A stretch of DNA of 64,000 nucleotides, taken from positions 23,624-87,623 of the forward strand of contig JBCCQA010000017.1 of NCBI GenBank assembly GCA_039024635.1, written 5' to 3'. Shown here in pieces: positions 45,133-53,660 of the stretch; position 1 is the stretch's first letter; every line of letters begins with the position of its first letter. This stretch comes from Myxococcota bacterium. Lineage in GTDB: Bacteria > Myxococcota > Kuafuiibacteriia > Kuafuiibacteriales > Kuafuiibacteriaceae. The position numbers and the translations under genes are program-made. A model generated the notes under the pieces. The model made no database searches. It was not told the DNA's origin and saw only the letters and a program-made list of their open reading frames with translations.

Positions 45133-45160
45133 AAGTCAATTGACTTAAGTCAAATGACTT
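45133..45160. promoter_or_regulatory. Two abutting 14-bp palindromic operator candidates upstream of (or overlapping) the TetR gene start
   Basis: AAGTCAATTGACTT (45133-45146) is a perfect palindrome. It is immediately followed by AAGTCAAATGACTT (45147-45160), which has one central mismatch. Located in the OMT/TetR divergent region. Confidence 0.5.
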
Positions 45161-45192
45161 GGAGAGGAGTAGGGAATAGGGGGCGTCCTGGG

Positions 45193-45825
45193 ATGAAGCC
45201 AGCTATGACGGGCGGGGTGAGTGGCGCGGGCGCACCGGACACTGAAGCAAGCACACGAAAACGAGTCCTGGAGGCCGCTTTGACCCTGTTTTCGGAGCGC
45301 GGCCTGCAGGCGCCCAGCCTGAGAGAGGTCGCGCGAACGGCCGGGGTCTCCTTGGGCGCGCTGCAGCACTACTTTCCGACCCGCGAGGACCTCCACCAGG
45401 CCATCATGGCCCACGCGGTCTCGACTTTTCCGGGCATCGAGCTCCTTCGCCAGCTCGGCGAAGTGGAGATGGAGGCTCTGCTTCGGGCTGGCTTGCACAC
45501 CAACGTCAGCTGGGCCCGTGCCCACCCTCGCGTTCGAAAGCTGGGCACCCACCTCGCACTGGAGCAGCCGGAGCATGAATGGCCAGGCGAAGCCGAAACC
45601 AACGCCGAGCTCGTGCGGAGGATACGCAGGGCTCAAGAGAACGGGGAGCTACGTGCCTTCGATCCTGCCTGCCTTCTCGTTCTTGTGGAGATCTTGATGA
45701 ACGGCTGGTCGAGCTTTCAGCCGCACTACGCGCGGCACCTCAGCCACGTGGAAGCGGAGAAGGTCGATGCCGTCTTCTTGGATTTCGTCGTGGACGTGGT
45801 CATGCATGGTCTCAAGCGACGCTAG
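45193..45825 (+). CDS. TetR family transcriptional regulator
   Basis: ORF 45154..45825. ATG 45193 preferred because 45154 lies inside the operator-like palindrome. HTH RKRVLEAALTLFSERGLQAPSLREVARTAGVSLGALQHYFPTREDL. Confidence 0.85.
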   Translation: MKPAMTGGVSGAGAPDTEASTRKRVLEAALTLFSERGLQAPSLREVARTAGVSLGALQHYFPTREDLHQAIMAHAVSTFPGIELLRQLGEVEMEALLRAGLHTNVSWARAHPRVRKLGTHLALEQPEHEWPGEAETNAELVRRIRRAQENGELRAFDPACLLVLVEILMNGWSSFQPHYARHLSHVEAEKVDAVFLDFVVDVVMHGLKRR

Positions 45826-46120
45826 AACGGTCTGGGCTCGGGAGAGACGAAGAAGACGGCCTGGCGGTGCCAAGGAAAGCCGAGTGGCTGGAAGCTGGTG
45901 ACTTCGACCGTAAACTGGCTTCGGCGTCGGCTTCGGTCGACGCGCGGGGCCGATGTGCCAGGCTACGGACGGGCTTCGCGCCATGCCGTCCATGAAGAGG
46001 CGAGACGGGCCCTCGGGATGGCGATGAATGAAGCGCGCCATCTCCTTCGGCACGCACTCCATGGCCGCGGTGACCTTCCATCTTGGGTCGAAGGAAAAGA
46101 GGACCTCGAAATGCCTGAGC

Positions 46121-46633
46121 TCAGGGGTGGAGGACTGGGGCGAAGGCGTTCGGAAGCTTCCGCGCGGCCACCAGGATCCCATCACGGTCGGCGTAAGCGA
46201 AGTGTCCAGGTTGGAAGGCCACGTCGGCGAATCGTACCGGCACCTGTCGCAGACCTTGGCCTCGCTTGACCGTCTTCATGGGGTGGGTTGCCAAGGCCCA
46301 AACGCCGAGGTCGATCCCGCGAATCTGCTCTGCGTCCCGGATGCAGCCGTGGACGATCACCGCGGACCACCCGTTGTCGTGGGCCAGCGTCGCTAGAGCG
46401 TCGCCGAACATGGCCCACTGAAGGGCGCCGCCGCCGTCGACCACCAGGACCGCGCCGTCGCCCGATTCGCTCAAAGCCTCTCGCACCAGGCTGTTGTCGC
46501 CATAGGCCCGGACGGTCTGAATGGGGCCGCAGGCACGGTCCCGTCCTCCGAACGAACGAAACAGAGGCGTAGCCACCTGCACCTCTTCGGAAAAGGCATC
46601 ACACAGGTCTGCGGTGAAGAAGGGGTCAGTCAT
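46121..46633 (-). CDS. rraA: RraA family protein (RNase E regulator / HMG-CHA aldolase fold)
   Basis: 170 aa. FFTADLCDAF..IQTVRAYGDNSLVREAL..GAVLVVDGGG..AMFGDALATLAHDNGWSAVIVHGCIRD. Confidence 0.8.
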   Translation of the reverse strand: MTDPFFTADLCDAFSEEVQVATPLFRSFGGRDRACGPIQTVRAYGDNSLVREALSESGDGAVLVVDGGGALQWAMFGDALATLAHDNGWSAVIVHGCIRDAEQIRGIDLGVWALATHPMKTVKRGQGLRQVPVRFADVAFQPGHFAYADRDGILVAARKLPNAFAPVLHP

Positions 46634-46750
46634 GATCCAGACGCCCCTTAGGTGGTGTACGCGGGCAGGGTTCGAACCGGATCGAAGGTCGGCGAATAAA
46701 GCAAGGTCTTGCTCCTAAGCGAATCGCAGCACTTCCGCCACCCTCCGGGC

Positions 46751-47299
46751 TCAAGAGGCGCAAGCAGCGTGAGGCAAGACGAAGGGCTTGTCGTCTTCGG
46801 GCGGACGGTTGACCCGGATCTTGCAGCCATAGACTGCGGACAGCACCTCATCCTGCAGGACCTTGCTAGGGCTTCCCGAAGCGAAGACCCGGCCTTCTTG
46901 CAGGAGCGTGACGCGGTCGCCGAAGTCGATATAGAGCTTCGCCTTGGGGTGCTTGGCCAAATAACGGGCGCGCACCCGCGCTCGGTCCTCGTTCTTCATC
47001 TGCTGTGCGGTTCCGTGCAGTGTGATCCGGGGATGGGCCAGCGGGTCCCCACGACCAGGCTCGCCGATCAGCATCGAGATCCGTGCGTCCTTGGCCATGG
47101 CCTGAACGCGGCCGGAGAGGGTCGACATCGGGAAGACGGGTCCGCCCCCCAGGTCGGTGCTCAAGCCGACTCGGGCAACGCTGGGGGCCTGGTCTTCAAC
47201 CCGCAGGAGTGCGAGCGCGCCGTGGCGAGCCTCTCTCAGAAGCCTCTTGGCGGCGGCCCGCACGGCCTCGTCCACGGGCTGGAGAACCTTCGGGTCCAT
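46751..47299 (-). CDS. Chimeric ORF: HugZ/PNPOx-like N-terminus fused in frame to the C-terminal tail of an ABC ATPase (HmuV/FecE-like)
   Basis: Residues 1-128 (..AKRLLREARHGALALL..GDPLAHPRITLHGTAQ..RARYLAKHPKAKLYIDFGD) fit the pyridoxamine-5'-phosphate-oxidase-like/haem-utilisation family up to its DFGDF motif. Residues 129-182 (RVTLLQEGRVFASGSPSKVLQDEVLSAVYGCKIRV..) fit the last about 50 aa of iron/haem ABC ATPases. The junction is near 46915. Confidence 0.6.
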   Translation of the reverse strand: MDPKVLQPVDEAVRAAAKRLLREARHGALALLRVEDQAPSVARVGLSTDLGGGPVFPMSTLSGRVQAMAKDARISMLIGEPGRGDPLAHPRITLHGTAQQMKNEDRARVRARYLAKHPKAKLYIDFGDRVTLLQEGRVFASGSPSKVLQDEVLSAVYGCKIRVNRPPEDDKPFVLPHAACAS

Positions 47300-47345
47300 G
47301 GCTGAAGACTCCGGCTTACCACCTTCGTAGCGAGCCGCTTGCTTC

Positions 47346-48221
47346 CTACAGCCTTGCCGCCAGGAGGTCGATGCGGGCCGCGGTGCCGTAGAGCTCGTCG
47401 GCCGCCGTCTTCAGCTCGTCGGGCGGCACGAGGCCGGGCCACATCTTACCCAGTACCTCGTCGAGCATCTCGGACGCCTTCGACTTGGCTTCGCCGTCAG
47501 GAAGTTCGGACACGATCCCGCGCGCGACCGTGGTGAAGCCCAGCGCATCCTGATACTCGTGAGCGTTCTTCATCTTTCCATCGACCACGGCGATGGCGTA
47601 CTCTTCGCCCGCTACTCGGACCAAGGCCGCCGCCAACTCTAGGCGCTCCTTGGGCGCGCCCGTTTCGGCCGCCTTCTCGTTCTTGGTGATGGCGGCGGTC
47701 AGACCGTCATACGCCGCCTCCACCTCTTTGGCTGGCTTGCCTTCCTCGACGCCGACCGCGAGGGCCTGAAGCTCCTTCGAGAATCCGCTGGCTTTCCGGG
47801 CCTGGAAGGCGGGGACCAGGTCGGCGTAGAGCTCATGCTCCGGATGCTTCATGTGGGTCTTGGCTGCTTCGGCGTGTCCCGCCTTGAACAACTCGTAGCC
47901 GACGTGGAGGTGGCCACGAATGAGGCCGAGCTGGGTCAGGTAGGCGAGGTTGTCCGTGGCCAGATCGGCAGCGCCTTCTCCTTCTCCTTCTCCCTCGGAA
48001 CCCATGGCGGCCTTGCCCTCGCCCTTGGCGCCGCCCGTCGTCTCCATCGCCACCTCGGCCTCAGCTTCGCCCTCACCCTCCTTGGAGGCCTTGTCCTTGG
48101 CTTCGTCGGCGACGGGCGCCCGTGCGGCGCCCCCCTCGCCGGCTGTGCAGCTGGCCAGACCGGATGCACCCGCGATGCTGAGGTTCTTGAGACTTACCCA
48201 AACTTTCTTGCGCTTTTTCAT
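47346..48221 (-). CDS. Lipoprotein with acidic low-complexity linker and helical C-terminal domain (iron-island associated)
   Basis: Signal/lipobox MKKRKKVWVSLKNLSIAGASGLASC. Linker rich in E/G/K/A (EGEGEAEAE.., SEGEGEGEGA). No family securely recognised. Confidence 0.65.
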   Translation of the reverse strand: MKKRKKVWVSLKNLSIAGASGLASCTAGEGGAARAPVADEAKDKASKEGEGEAEAEVAMETTGGAKGEGKAAMGSEGEGEGEGAADLATDNLAYLTQLGLIRGHLHVGYELFKAGHAEAAKTHMKHPEHELYADLVPAFQARKASGFSKELQALAVGVEEGKPAKEVEAAYDGLTAAITKNEKAAETGAPKERLELAAALVRVAGEEYAIAVVDGKMKNAHEYQDALGFTTVARGIVSELPDGEAKSKASEMLDEVLGKMWPGLVPPDELKTAADELYGTAARIDLLAARL

Positions 48222-48277
48222 ATGTGACCTTCTTCGACGAATTTGGGTCCCTGCCCGTTGGCGCGAAGACGAACCTA

Positions 48278-48296
48278 GTTGAAACTCATTCTCAAC
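48278..48296. promoter_or_regulatory. Weak Fur-box-like inverted repeat in the lipoprotein/piuC divergent region
   Basis: GTTGAAACTCATTCTCAAC. Its reverse complement starts GAGAATGAGTTTCAAC, which gives about 10/19 matches to GATAATGATAATCATTATC by hand alignment. It shares GAGAATGA with the site upstream of the flavodoxin gene. Confidence 0.25.
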
Positions 48297-48308
48297 CGAA
48301 GAAGACGG

Positions 48309-48971
48309 ATGGCCTACTTTATCGAAGACGTACTGGACCTTCCAACCGTGGAGGCCTTAACCGAGGCGCTGGCCGACGAGGCGCTGTACGAGGACGGCGC
48401 CAAAACGGCTGCCGGCTCCGCCAGGGCGGTCAAGAGCAACCTTCAGGCCCGACCCAGCGAGGGCGTCGTTCGGCGAGCCAAACAGATGGTCGAGCGGGCG
48501 CTCGACGCGAATGCCGACTTTCAGGCGGCGGCCCTTCCCGCGAGGCTCTCCCGCCTCGCCTTCAGCAGATACACGCCCGGCATGCGCTATGGTCCTCACG
48601 TTGACGATGCTTTCATCGCAGGAGTCCGGACCGACCTCTCCTTCACGCTCTTTCTCTCGGACCCCGACGGCTATGAAGGGGGTGAGCTCGTCGTGCAACG
48701 CCACGACGGCGACGAGGCGGTGAAGCTTCCCCCAGGCTCGCTGTACCTTTATCCATCTCACAGTCTGCACCACGTGGCTCCGGTAGAGCGAGGCGTCCGA
48801 CTGGCCGCGGTGGGTTGGGTACAGAGCCGAGTTCGGGCCGAAGAGCAGCGGGCCGTTCTCTTCGATCTGCTGCGCGTGCTCCGGCAGCTGCCCCAAAGCG
48901 ATGAGAGTCGCGAGACTCGTCTGACGCTGCTTCGCGCCCGAAACAGCCTCCTTCGACTCTGGGCCGATTGA
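48309..48971 (+). CDS. piuC: Fe(II)/2-oxoglutarate-dependent hydroxylase, PiuC/YbiX (PKHD-type)
   Basis: ORF 48279..48971 (TTG). ATG 48309 (MAYFIEDVLD..) preferred. YTPGMRYGPHVDDAF..RTDLSFTLFLSDPDGYEGGELVV..LYPSHSLHHVAPVERGVRLAAVGWVQS. Confidence 0.8.
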   Translation: MAYFIEDVLDLPTVEALTEALADEALYEDGAKTAAGSARAVKSNLQARPSEGVVRRAKQMVERALDANADFQAAALPARLSRLAFSRYTPGMRYGPHVDDAFIAGVRTDLSFTLFLSDPDGYEGGELVVQRHDGDEAVKLPPGSLYLYPSHSLHHVAPVERGVRLAAVGWVQSRVRAEEQRAVLFDLLRVLRQLPQSDESRETRLTLLRARNSLLRLWAD

Positions 48972-48988
48972 GCCCTGCCTCGACGGAG

Positions 48989-50014
48989 CTATCGCCAGCC
49001 AGCGCGGTCGAAGATACGCACCGCCGACGATTGGTGCTTCCCGAGCAAGCTTGCGCTGATGTCGTCTTCTTTGAAGCTTCCGAACTTTTTCAGGACTTCG
49101 GTCATGGCGGCTGAGGCGACCACAGGGTACTCGTTGTTGCCGGCCACGAAGAGCGACTGGGAGCGTGCCTCGGTCAAGTACTCCAGGAAGCGGATGGCGT
49201 TCTTCCGGTTCGGTGCATGGGTCAGCACGCCGGCTCCGCTGATGTTGACGTGGGTCCCGGTGGAGTCTTGGTTGGGATGAATGATGCCCAGCTTCTCGGC
49301 TTCCGTCCCGCCGGCCTCGATGAAGCGTGCGATGTAGTAGGAGTTGACGATGGAGATTCGACATTGTCCGGCGGCGACGGCCTTGATGTTCGACGTGTCG
49401 TTTCCGCTTGGCCTCTTCCGGAGATTGGCCACCACACCCTTCGCCCAGGCTTCGGCCGCTTCCTGGCCTTCGTGTCCCACCATCGAGGCCAGCAAAGAGA
49501 TGTTGTAGATGTTGGAAGACGAGCGAACGCAGATCTGAGCCCTGAATCGAGGATCCGCCAGATCGGCGTAGCTTTGGAGGCCCTCCGGCCGGCCGCGGGC
49601 TCGGTTGAAGATGATAACGCGGGCTCGCTTCGACAGCCCGAACCAGAGCCCTTGGGGGTGACGAAGGTGGGCAGGGATGCGTTCCTCCAGGATCGTCGAG
49701 TGGACGGGTGAGAAGACGCCTCGTTGCTCGGCTCGGTAGAGGCGGCCTGCGTCGACGGTGATGAGGACGTCGGCGGGGCTGTAGCTGCCCTCGTTGACGA
49801 TGCGCTCGATCAAGGTGTCGCTCGACGCCTCGATGAGGTTCACTCGAATGCCGGTTGCTTTGGTGAAGGACTGGTAGAGGGCGAGGTCGGTGTCGTAGTG
49901 CCGTGCGCTATAGACGTTGACGGCTTCGGCCGCTCGAGCGGCGCCCCCGTGATTCGTCGCCGCGACGAAGACAGAGGACAGAAAGAAGACGAGTAGACTG
50001 TTGCGTCTGCTCAT
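48989..50014 (-). CDS. fbpA: Fe(3+) ABC transporter substrate-binding protein
   Basis: ORF 48989..50131. ATG 50014 (MSRRNSLLVFFLSSVFVAA..) overlaps the upstream stop (ATGA). VNVYSARHYDTDLALYQSFTKATGIRVNLIE is typical of the FbpA/AfuA family. Confidence 0.8.
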   Translation of the reverse strand: MSRRNSLLVFFLSSVFVAATNHGGAARAAEAVNVYSARHYDTDLALYQSFTKATGIRVNLIEASSDTLIERIVNEGSYSPADVLITVDAGRLYRAEQRGVFSPVHSTILEERIPAHLRHPQGLWFGLSKRARVIIFNRARGRPEGLQSYADLADPRFRAQICVRSSSNIYNISLLASMVGHEGQEAAEAWAKGVVANLRKRPSGNDTSNIKAVAAGQCRISIVNSYYIARFIEAGGTEAEKLGIIHPNQDSTGTHVNISGAGVLTHAPNRKNAIRFLEYLTEARSQSLFVAGNNEYPVVASAAMTEVLKKFGSFKEDDISASLLGKHQSSAVRIFDRAGWR

Positions 50015-51108
50015 GCTGGCTCCTTGGCTCCGCTCGGAACTTCGAGAAGCGACCTCTTTCCGCTCGAAGCATCGAAGACGAAGAGCCCGCCGCGACCACG
50101 ACGCAGAGCCACCCGATCGTTCACGTGCCAAGATTGGGGCTCACCGATCGAGATCCGAAGGGGCACCGTGACCAGGTCCTCCGACGTCGGGGTGAGGAAG
50201 GCGAGCCACTTTTCACCCAGGAAGCGGATTTCCGCGATCCGCGCTTCGCCTTCCGGATCCGGGTCCATGAGGAGGCCGTCAGGACGCACAACCACGTCGT
50301 ACACATCCTCTGTCCCCGAGCTGGGAGCGCAGTCTGCGATCAGTCCAAAGTCGCTTTGAAGGCCTTCCCTCGTTCGCGTTGCTCTCAGGCGATGCGCCTC
50401 GCCGAACAGGGCCGCGACCGTGGCCGAGGCGGGCTCGTGATAGAGCCGCTCGGGCCCGTCCACCTGCACGATGCGTCCTCCATCCAGGACGGCGATGCAG
50501 TCGGCCATCTCCATGGCTTCCGAAGGATCGTGGGTCACCATGAGCGTCGTGGCCTGGGCACTCTTGAGCGTGCGTCGGGCTGCCTCACGGAGCGCTCTTC
50601 GCAGCGAGATGTCGACGCTGGCGTAGGGCTCGTCCATCAACATGACGCTCGGTCCGGGGGCTAGCGAGCGGATGAGGGCTACTCTTTGCTGTTGGCCCCC
50701 TGACAGCTGGTGGGGAAGGCGCCCGGCCAAGTCTCGACAGCCGACCATGTCGAGCAGCGTCACAACGTGCGCCTCCCGCTGGGCTCTAGGCCATCCATCC
50801 AGTCCGAATGCCACGTTCTCGGCTACGCTCATGTGGGGAAACAGGGCGTGGTCCTGAAACATCATCCCCACCGGTCGCTCTTCGGGTGGAACGCAGCGCC
50901 CCGGGATGGCGACCTGTCGTTCGTCAATTTCGATGCGGCCCGACTGAAGTGGTTCCAGCCCCGCTGCGAGCCGAAGGAGGGTGCTCTTGCCGCCACCTGA
51001 AGGTCCGAGGAGGCACGTGATCTCCCCTTTCTTGACCTCCAAGTCCAAGTCCGAAAGGACCGAGACCAAGCCGTAGGCGTGAGAGATGTCGTCGAAACGC
51101 AGTGACAC
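50011..51108 (-). CDS. fbpC: Fe(3+) ABC transporter ATP-binding protein
   Basis: ORF 50011..51351. Walker A GPSGGGKST, signature LSGGQQQRV, Walker B VMLMDEP, C-terminal TOBE-like region. GTG 51108 (VSLRFDDISHAYG) fits the usual N-terminus. ATG 51198 is an alternative. Either start overlaps the divergent fbpB 5' end. Confidence 0.8.
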   Translation of the reverse strand: MSLRFDDISHAYGLVSVLSDLDLEVKKGEITCLLGPSGGGKSTLLRLAAGLEPLQSGRIEIDERQVAIPGRCVPPEERPVGMMFQDHALFPHMSVAENVAFGLDGWPRAQREAHVVTLLDMVGCRDLAGRLPHQLSGGQQQRVALIRSLAPGPSVMLMDEPYASVDISLRRALREAARRTLKSAQATTLMVTHDPSEAMEMADCIAVLDGGRIVQVDGPERLYHEPASATVAALFGEAHRLRATRTREGLQSDFGLIADCAPSSGTEDVYDVVVRPDGLLMDPDPEGEARIAEIRFLGEKWLAFLTPTSEDLVTVPLRISIGEPQSWHVNDRVALRRGRGGLFVFDASSGKRSLLEVPSGAKEPA

Positions 51109-52798
51109 AGGCTCCGCTTCCGTTCCCGTCGACGAGGGCTCGCTTCCTTCGCTCGGGGCCTCAACCCGTCGTGCGACAGGTGGAGCTGGAGCCCGCATAG
51201 CGGGCCGAGTCGCCAGCCTCGTGGTTTGTAGCGCCGTCGCCGTGCCCATCATGGCCGTCCTCGCATCGCTGGGGACGCCTGGCGATACGGAATGGCAACA
51301 CATCCGTACGGTCGTTCTCCCCGAGGTGGTGGTCAACACTTTATGGCTCATGGTTCAGGTCGCGCTTTATTGCCTGATCATCGGCGTGAGCACGGCGTGG
51401 CTGACCACGGCTACGTCTTTTCCTGGCCACCGCTTCTTGGCCGCCACTCTGGCCCTGCCCCTGGCCATGCCGGCCTACATCATGGCTTATGTCTACACGG
51501 ACCTGCTGGACTACTCGGGGCCAATTCAAACGGGTCTGCGCGCCTTCTTCGAGCTCGGACCGGACGCCGCCCTCCCCGAGATCCGATCTCTCCCCGGCGC
51601 GGCCTTCGTGATGAGCCTCTCCCTGTATCCCTACGTGTATCTGCTGGCTCGGGTCGCCTTTCTTCAGCGCTCCATGCGCCTATTCGACGCGGCCCGAACG
51701 CTGGGCGCCCGCCCGAGGCGCGCCTTCTTCCGGGTGGCCCTTCCTTCTGCTCGGGCTTCGATCGCGGGCGGTGTTTCCTTGGTCCTGATGGAGACCTTGG
51801 CAGACTTTGGCGTGGTCGAGTACTTCGGAGTCCCGACCTTTTCTACAGCGATCTTCCGTATATGGTTCGCCAGCGGCGAGAGGCTGGCGGCAATGAAGCT
51901 AGCTGCCGTGCTCTTCGTGTTCGTCGTGGTCTTGGTGGTCCTCGAAAAGTGGACGCGGAGCGGGGGGCAAGCCCAAGGTCTGGACGTCGAAGGCAGCTTT
52001 CAGCCGGCGCCACTTCGTGGGTGGAAAGCGCTCGTGGCCATGGCGACCTGTGGAGCACCGGTGCTCTTCGGCTGTGTGCTGCCCATCGCCATGCTCGCCA
52101 AGATGGCCGTCACCGAGGGGGATCCGCTCCTCGGGTCCGAGTTCCTGGGCTTCGCCGGTAATAGCGTTTGGGTGGCGGTCTGCGCCTGCGTGGTCACGGT
52201 GCTTGCGGCCCTGATCCTGAGCTTTGCCCGCTCCCACGGCACCCACTGGACCACCATCATTGCGATTCAGGTCTCCACACTCGGCTACGCCCTGCCCGGG
52301 ACGCTGCTGGCCGTGGGATTGCTTCCCCCAGTCTTGGCCCTGGATCGATGGCTGGCCGGCGGTCTCGAGGCGCAGTTTGGCATGCGGACGGGGCTCATCC
52401 TCACCGGCACCGTCTTCGTCTTGGTCTATGCCTACCTAACCCGCTTCCTCACCGTCGCTTTCAACACGACGAGCAGTGCTCTCGAGCGGATCCCTCCGGC
52501 CTACGGCCATGCTGCGCGAAGCTTGGGCGCGACCCCGAGCAAAGTCCTGCGCCGCATTCAGATGCCTCTGATGGGCAGCGCCGTCTGGACGGCGATGCTC
52601 CTCGTCTTCGTGGATACGATGCGGGAGCTGCCGGCCACCTTGCTTCTTCGACCTTTCAACTTCGAAACTCTCGCTACACGGGTCTACCGCCTGGCGGCTG
52701 ATGAGCGTCTCGCCGAAGCGTCGTCGGCGGCGCTCACGATCGTTCTCATCGGGCTGATTCCGGTCTTCTTGCTCAACCGTAGACCCAAGGCCCGTTGA
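51086..52798 (+). CDS. fbpB: Fe(3+) ABC transporter permease (duplicated BPD_transp_1 type)
   Basis: 570 aa, two permease halves, each with the EAA-type loop (..FDAARTLGARPRRAFFRVALP.. and ..GHAARSLGATPSKVLRRIQMP..). ATG 51086 is the only in-frame canonical start I found before the first TM segment. Confidence 0.8.
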   Translation: MSSKRSDTGSASVPVDEGSLPSLGASTRRATGGAGARIAGRVASLVVCSAVAVPIMAVLASLGTPGDTEWQHIRTVVLPEVVVNTLWLMVQVALYCLIIGVSTAWLTTATSFPGHRFLAATLALPLAMPAYIMAYVYTDLLDYSGPIQTGLRAFFELGPDAALPEIRSLPGAAFVMSLSLYPYVYLLARVAFLQRSMRLFDAARTLGARPRRAFFRVALPSARASIAGGVSLVLMETLADFGVVEYFGVPTFSTAIFRIWFASGERLAAMKLAAVLFVFVVVLVVLEKWTRSGGQAQGLDVEGSFQPAPLRGWKALVAMATCGAPVLFGCVLPIAMLAKMAVTEGDPLLGSEFLGFAGNSVWVAVCACVVTVLAALILSFARSHGTHWTTIIAIQVSTLGYALPGTLLAVGLLPPVLALDRWLAGGLEAQFGMRTGLILTGTVFVLVYAYLTRFLTVAFNTTSSALERIPPAYGHAARSLGATPSKVLRRIQMPLMGSAVWTAMLLVFVDTMRELPATLLLRPFNFETLATRVYRLAADERLAEASSAALTIVLIGLIPVFLLNRRPKAR

Positions 52799-52811
52799 TT
52801 CGGACCCAGAC

Positions 52812-53624
52812 TCAGCTGGTTCCGAGGCGGCAGAACGCTATTCCAGGCGCTCGGTCGCGCAGCCCGGGAATCGCCATGAATGCGCCGAAGACCAGGCGTT
52901 GAAACCCACGCGGAAAGCTAAAAGGCAGGGACTCGTAGTCCGAGACCGTGCCAGCCCAGCTTCGAAGGAGCGGCTGAAGCTCGGGCCTATCGACCCCCCA
53001 CGGCATGGGGGGCGTCGTGTAGTGCTTGGTCTTCTGCCATCCCGTCTTGGACGTCGTACGCCGAGACAGCCAGCGGGGAATGTGGTCGAACATCAAGGCG
53101 ACGCCTGGCCATCGCTTCGCGAGGTCTCTCACCAGCGCCGCCACGTCCTGCTCTTCGAAGTACATGAAGAGGCCTTGCGCAGTGACGAAGATCGGCCGGC
53201 CGCTAGGAAGCTCGTCGAACCAGCTCCGGTCCAGGGCACTCTTGGCGAGGTGGAGGTGGCGCCCATCGGCTTCGATGAAGCGCTCCCTCACCTCGATGGC
53301 CTCCGGCACGTCGATGGCCATCCATAGCGTGTCTTCTCGATCCCGGACCCGAAAGCGCTGGGTCTCCAGACCTTCCCCGAGATTGACGATGACCGCATCG
53401 GGATTCGCATCGATGAAAGCTTGGACCCGCGTGTCGAAGACCTGCGAGCGCACGCCGTGGGAGGGCTCTGGCGGGCCAAAGGAGGCCTCATAGTCGTAGG
53501 AAATCGCCTCGTATATCTCGATGCACTTTGGGTCGCGAATGACGCCGCGGGGATGCATAGCTTCGCTGGCCCGATTGTGGAGGGTCCACAGCATGGTCTC
53601 GGGGATGCCGCTGAGATGGGTCAT
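52812..53624 (-). CDS. Class I SAM-dependent methyltransferase (TcmP/leucine-carboxyl-methyltransferase-like)
   Basis: 270 aa. IPETMLWTLHNRASEA..IRDPKCIEIY..AVIVNLGEGLETQRFRV is typical of this family. Confidence 0.7.
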   Translation of the reverse strand: MTHLSGIPETMLWTLHNRASEAMHPRGVIRDPKCIEIYEAISYDYEASFGPPEPSHGVRSQVFDTRVQAFIDANPDAVIVNLGEGLETQRFRVRDREDTLWMAIDVPEAIEVRERFIEADGRHLHLAKSALDRSWFDELPSGRPIFVTAQGLFMYFEEQDVAALVRDLAKRWPGVALMFDHIPRWLSRRTTSKTGWQKTKHYTTPPMPWGVDRPELQPLLRSWAGTVSDYESLPFSFPRGFQRLVFGAFMAIPGLRDRAPGIAFCRLGTS

Positions 53625-53660
53625 GGTAGATGGCTTGCCACTGCCGTGGGTGAGGCAAGC

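Noticed and set aside
45649-46185. 178-aa minus-strand ORF between the TetR and rraA genes.
   Set aside because: It overlaps the TetR gene 3' end by about 177 nt on the opposite strand and rraA by 65 nt. Only a short stretch (ELRHFEVLFSFDPRWKVTAAMECVPKEMARFIH) looks protein-like, and I recognise no family. A small gene or gene remnant in 45830-46120 cannot be excluded.
46640-46745. tRNA-like GGTTCGAACC motif (46668-46677) in the spacer between rraA and the chimeric ORF. Considered as a tRNA, a tRNA fragment or an att site.
   Set aside because: On either strand I could not fold a T-arm: the 5-nt flanks are not complementary. The ...ACACCACC end does not sit at the right distance from the motif. 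No acceptor or anticodon stems were found, and no integrase is nearby.
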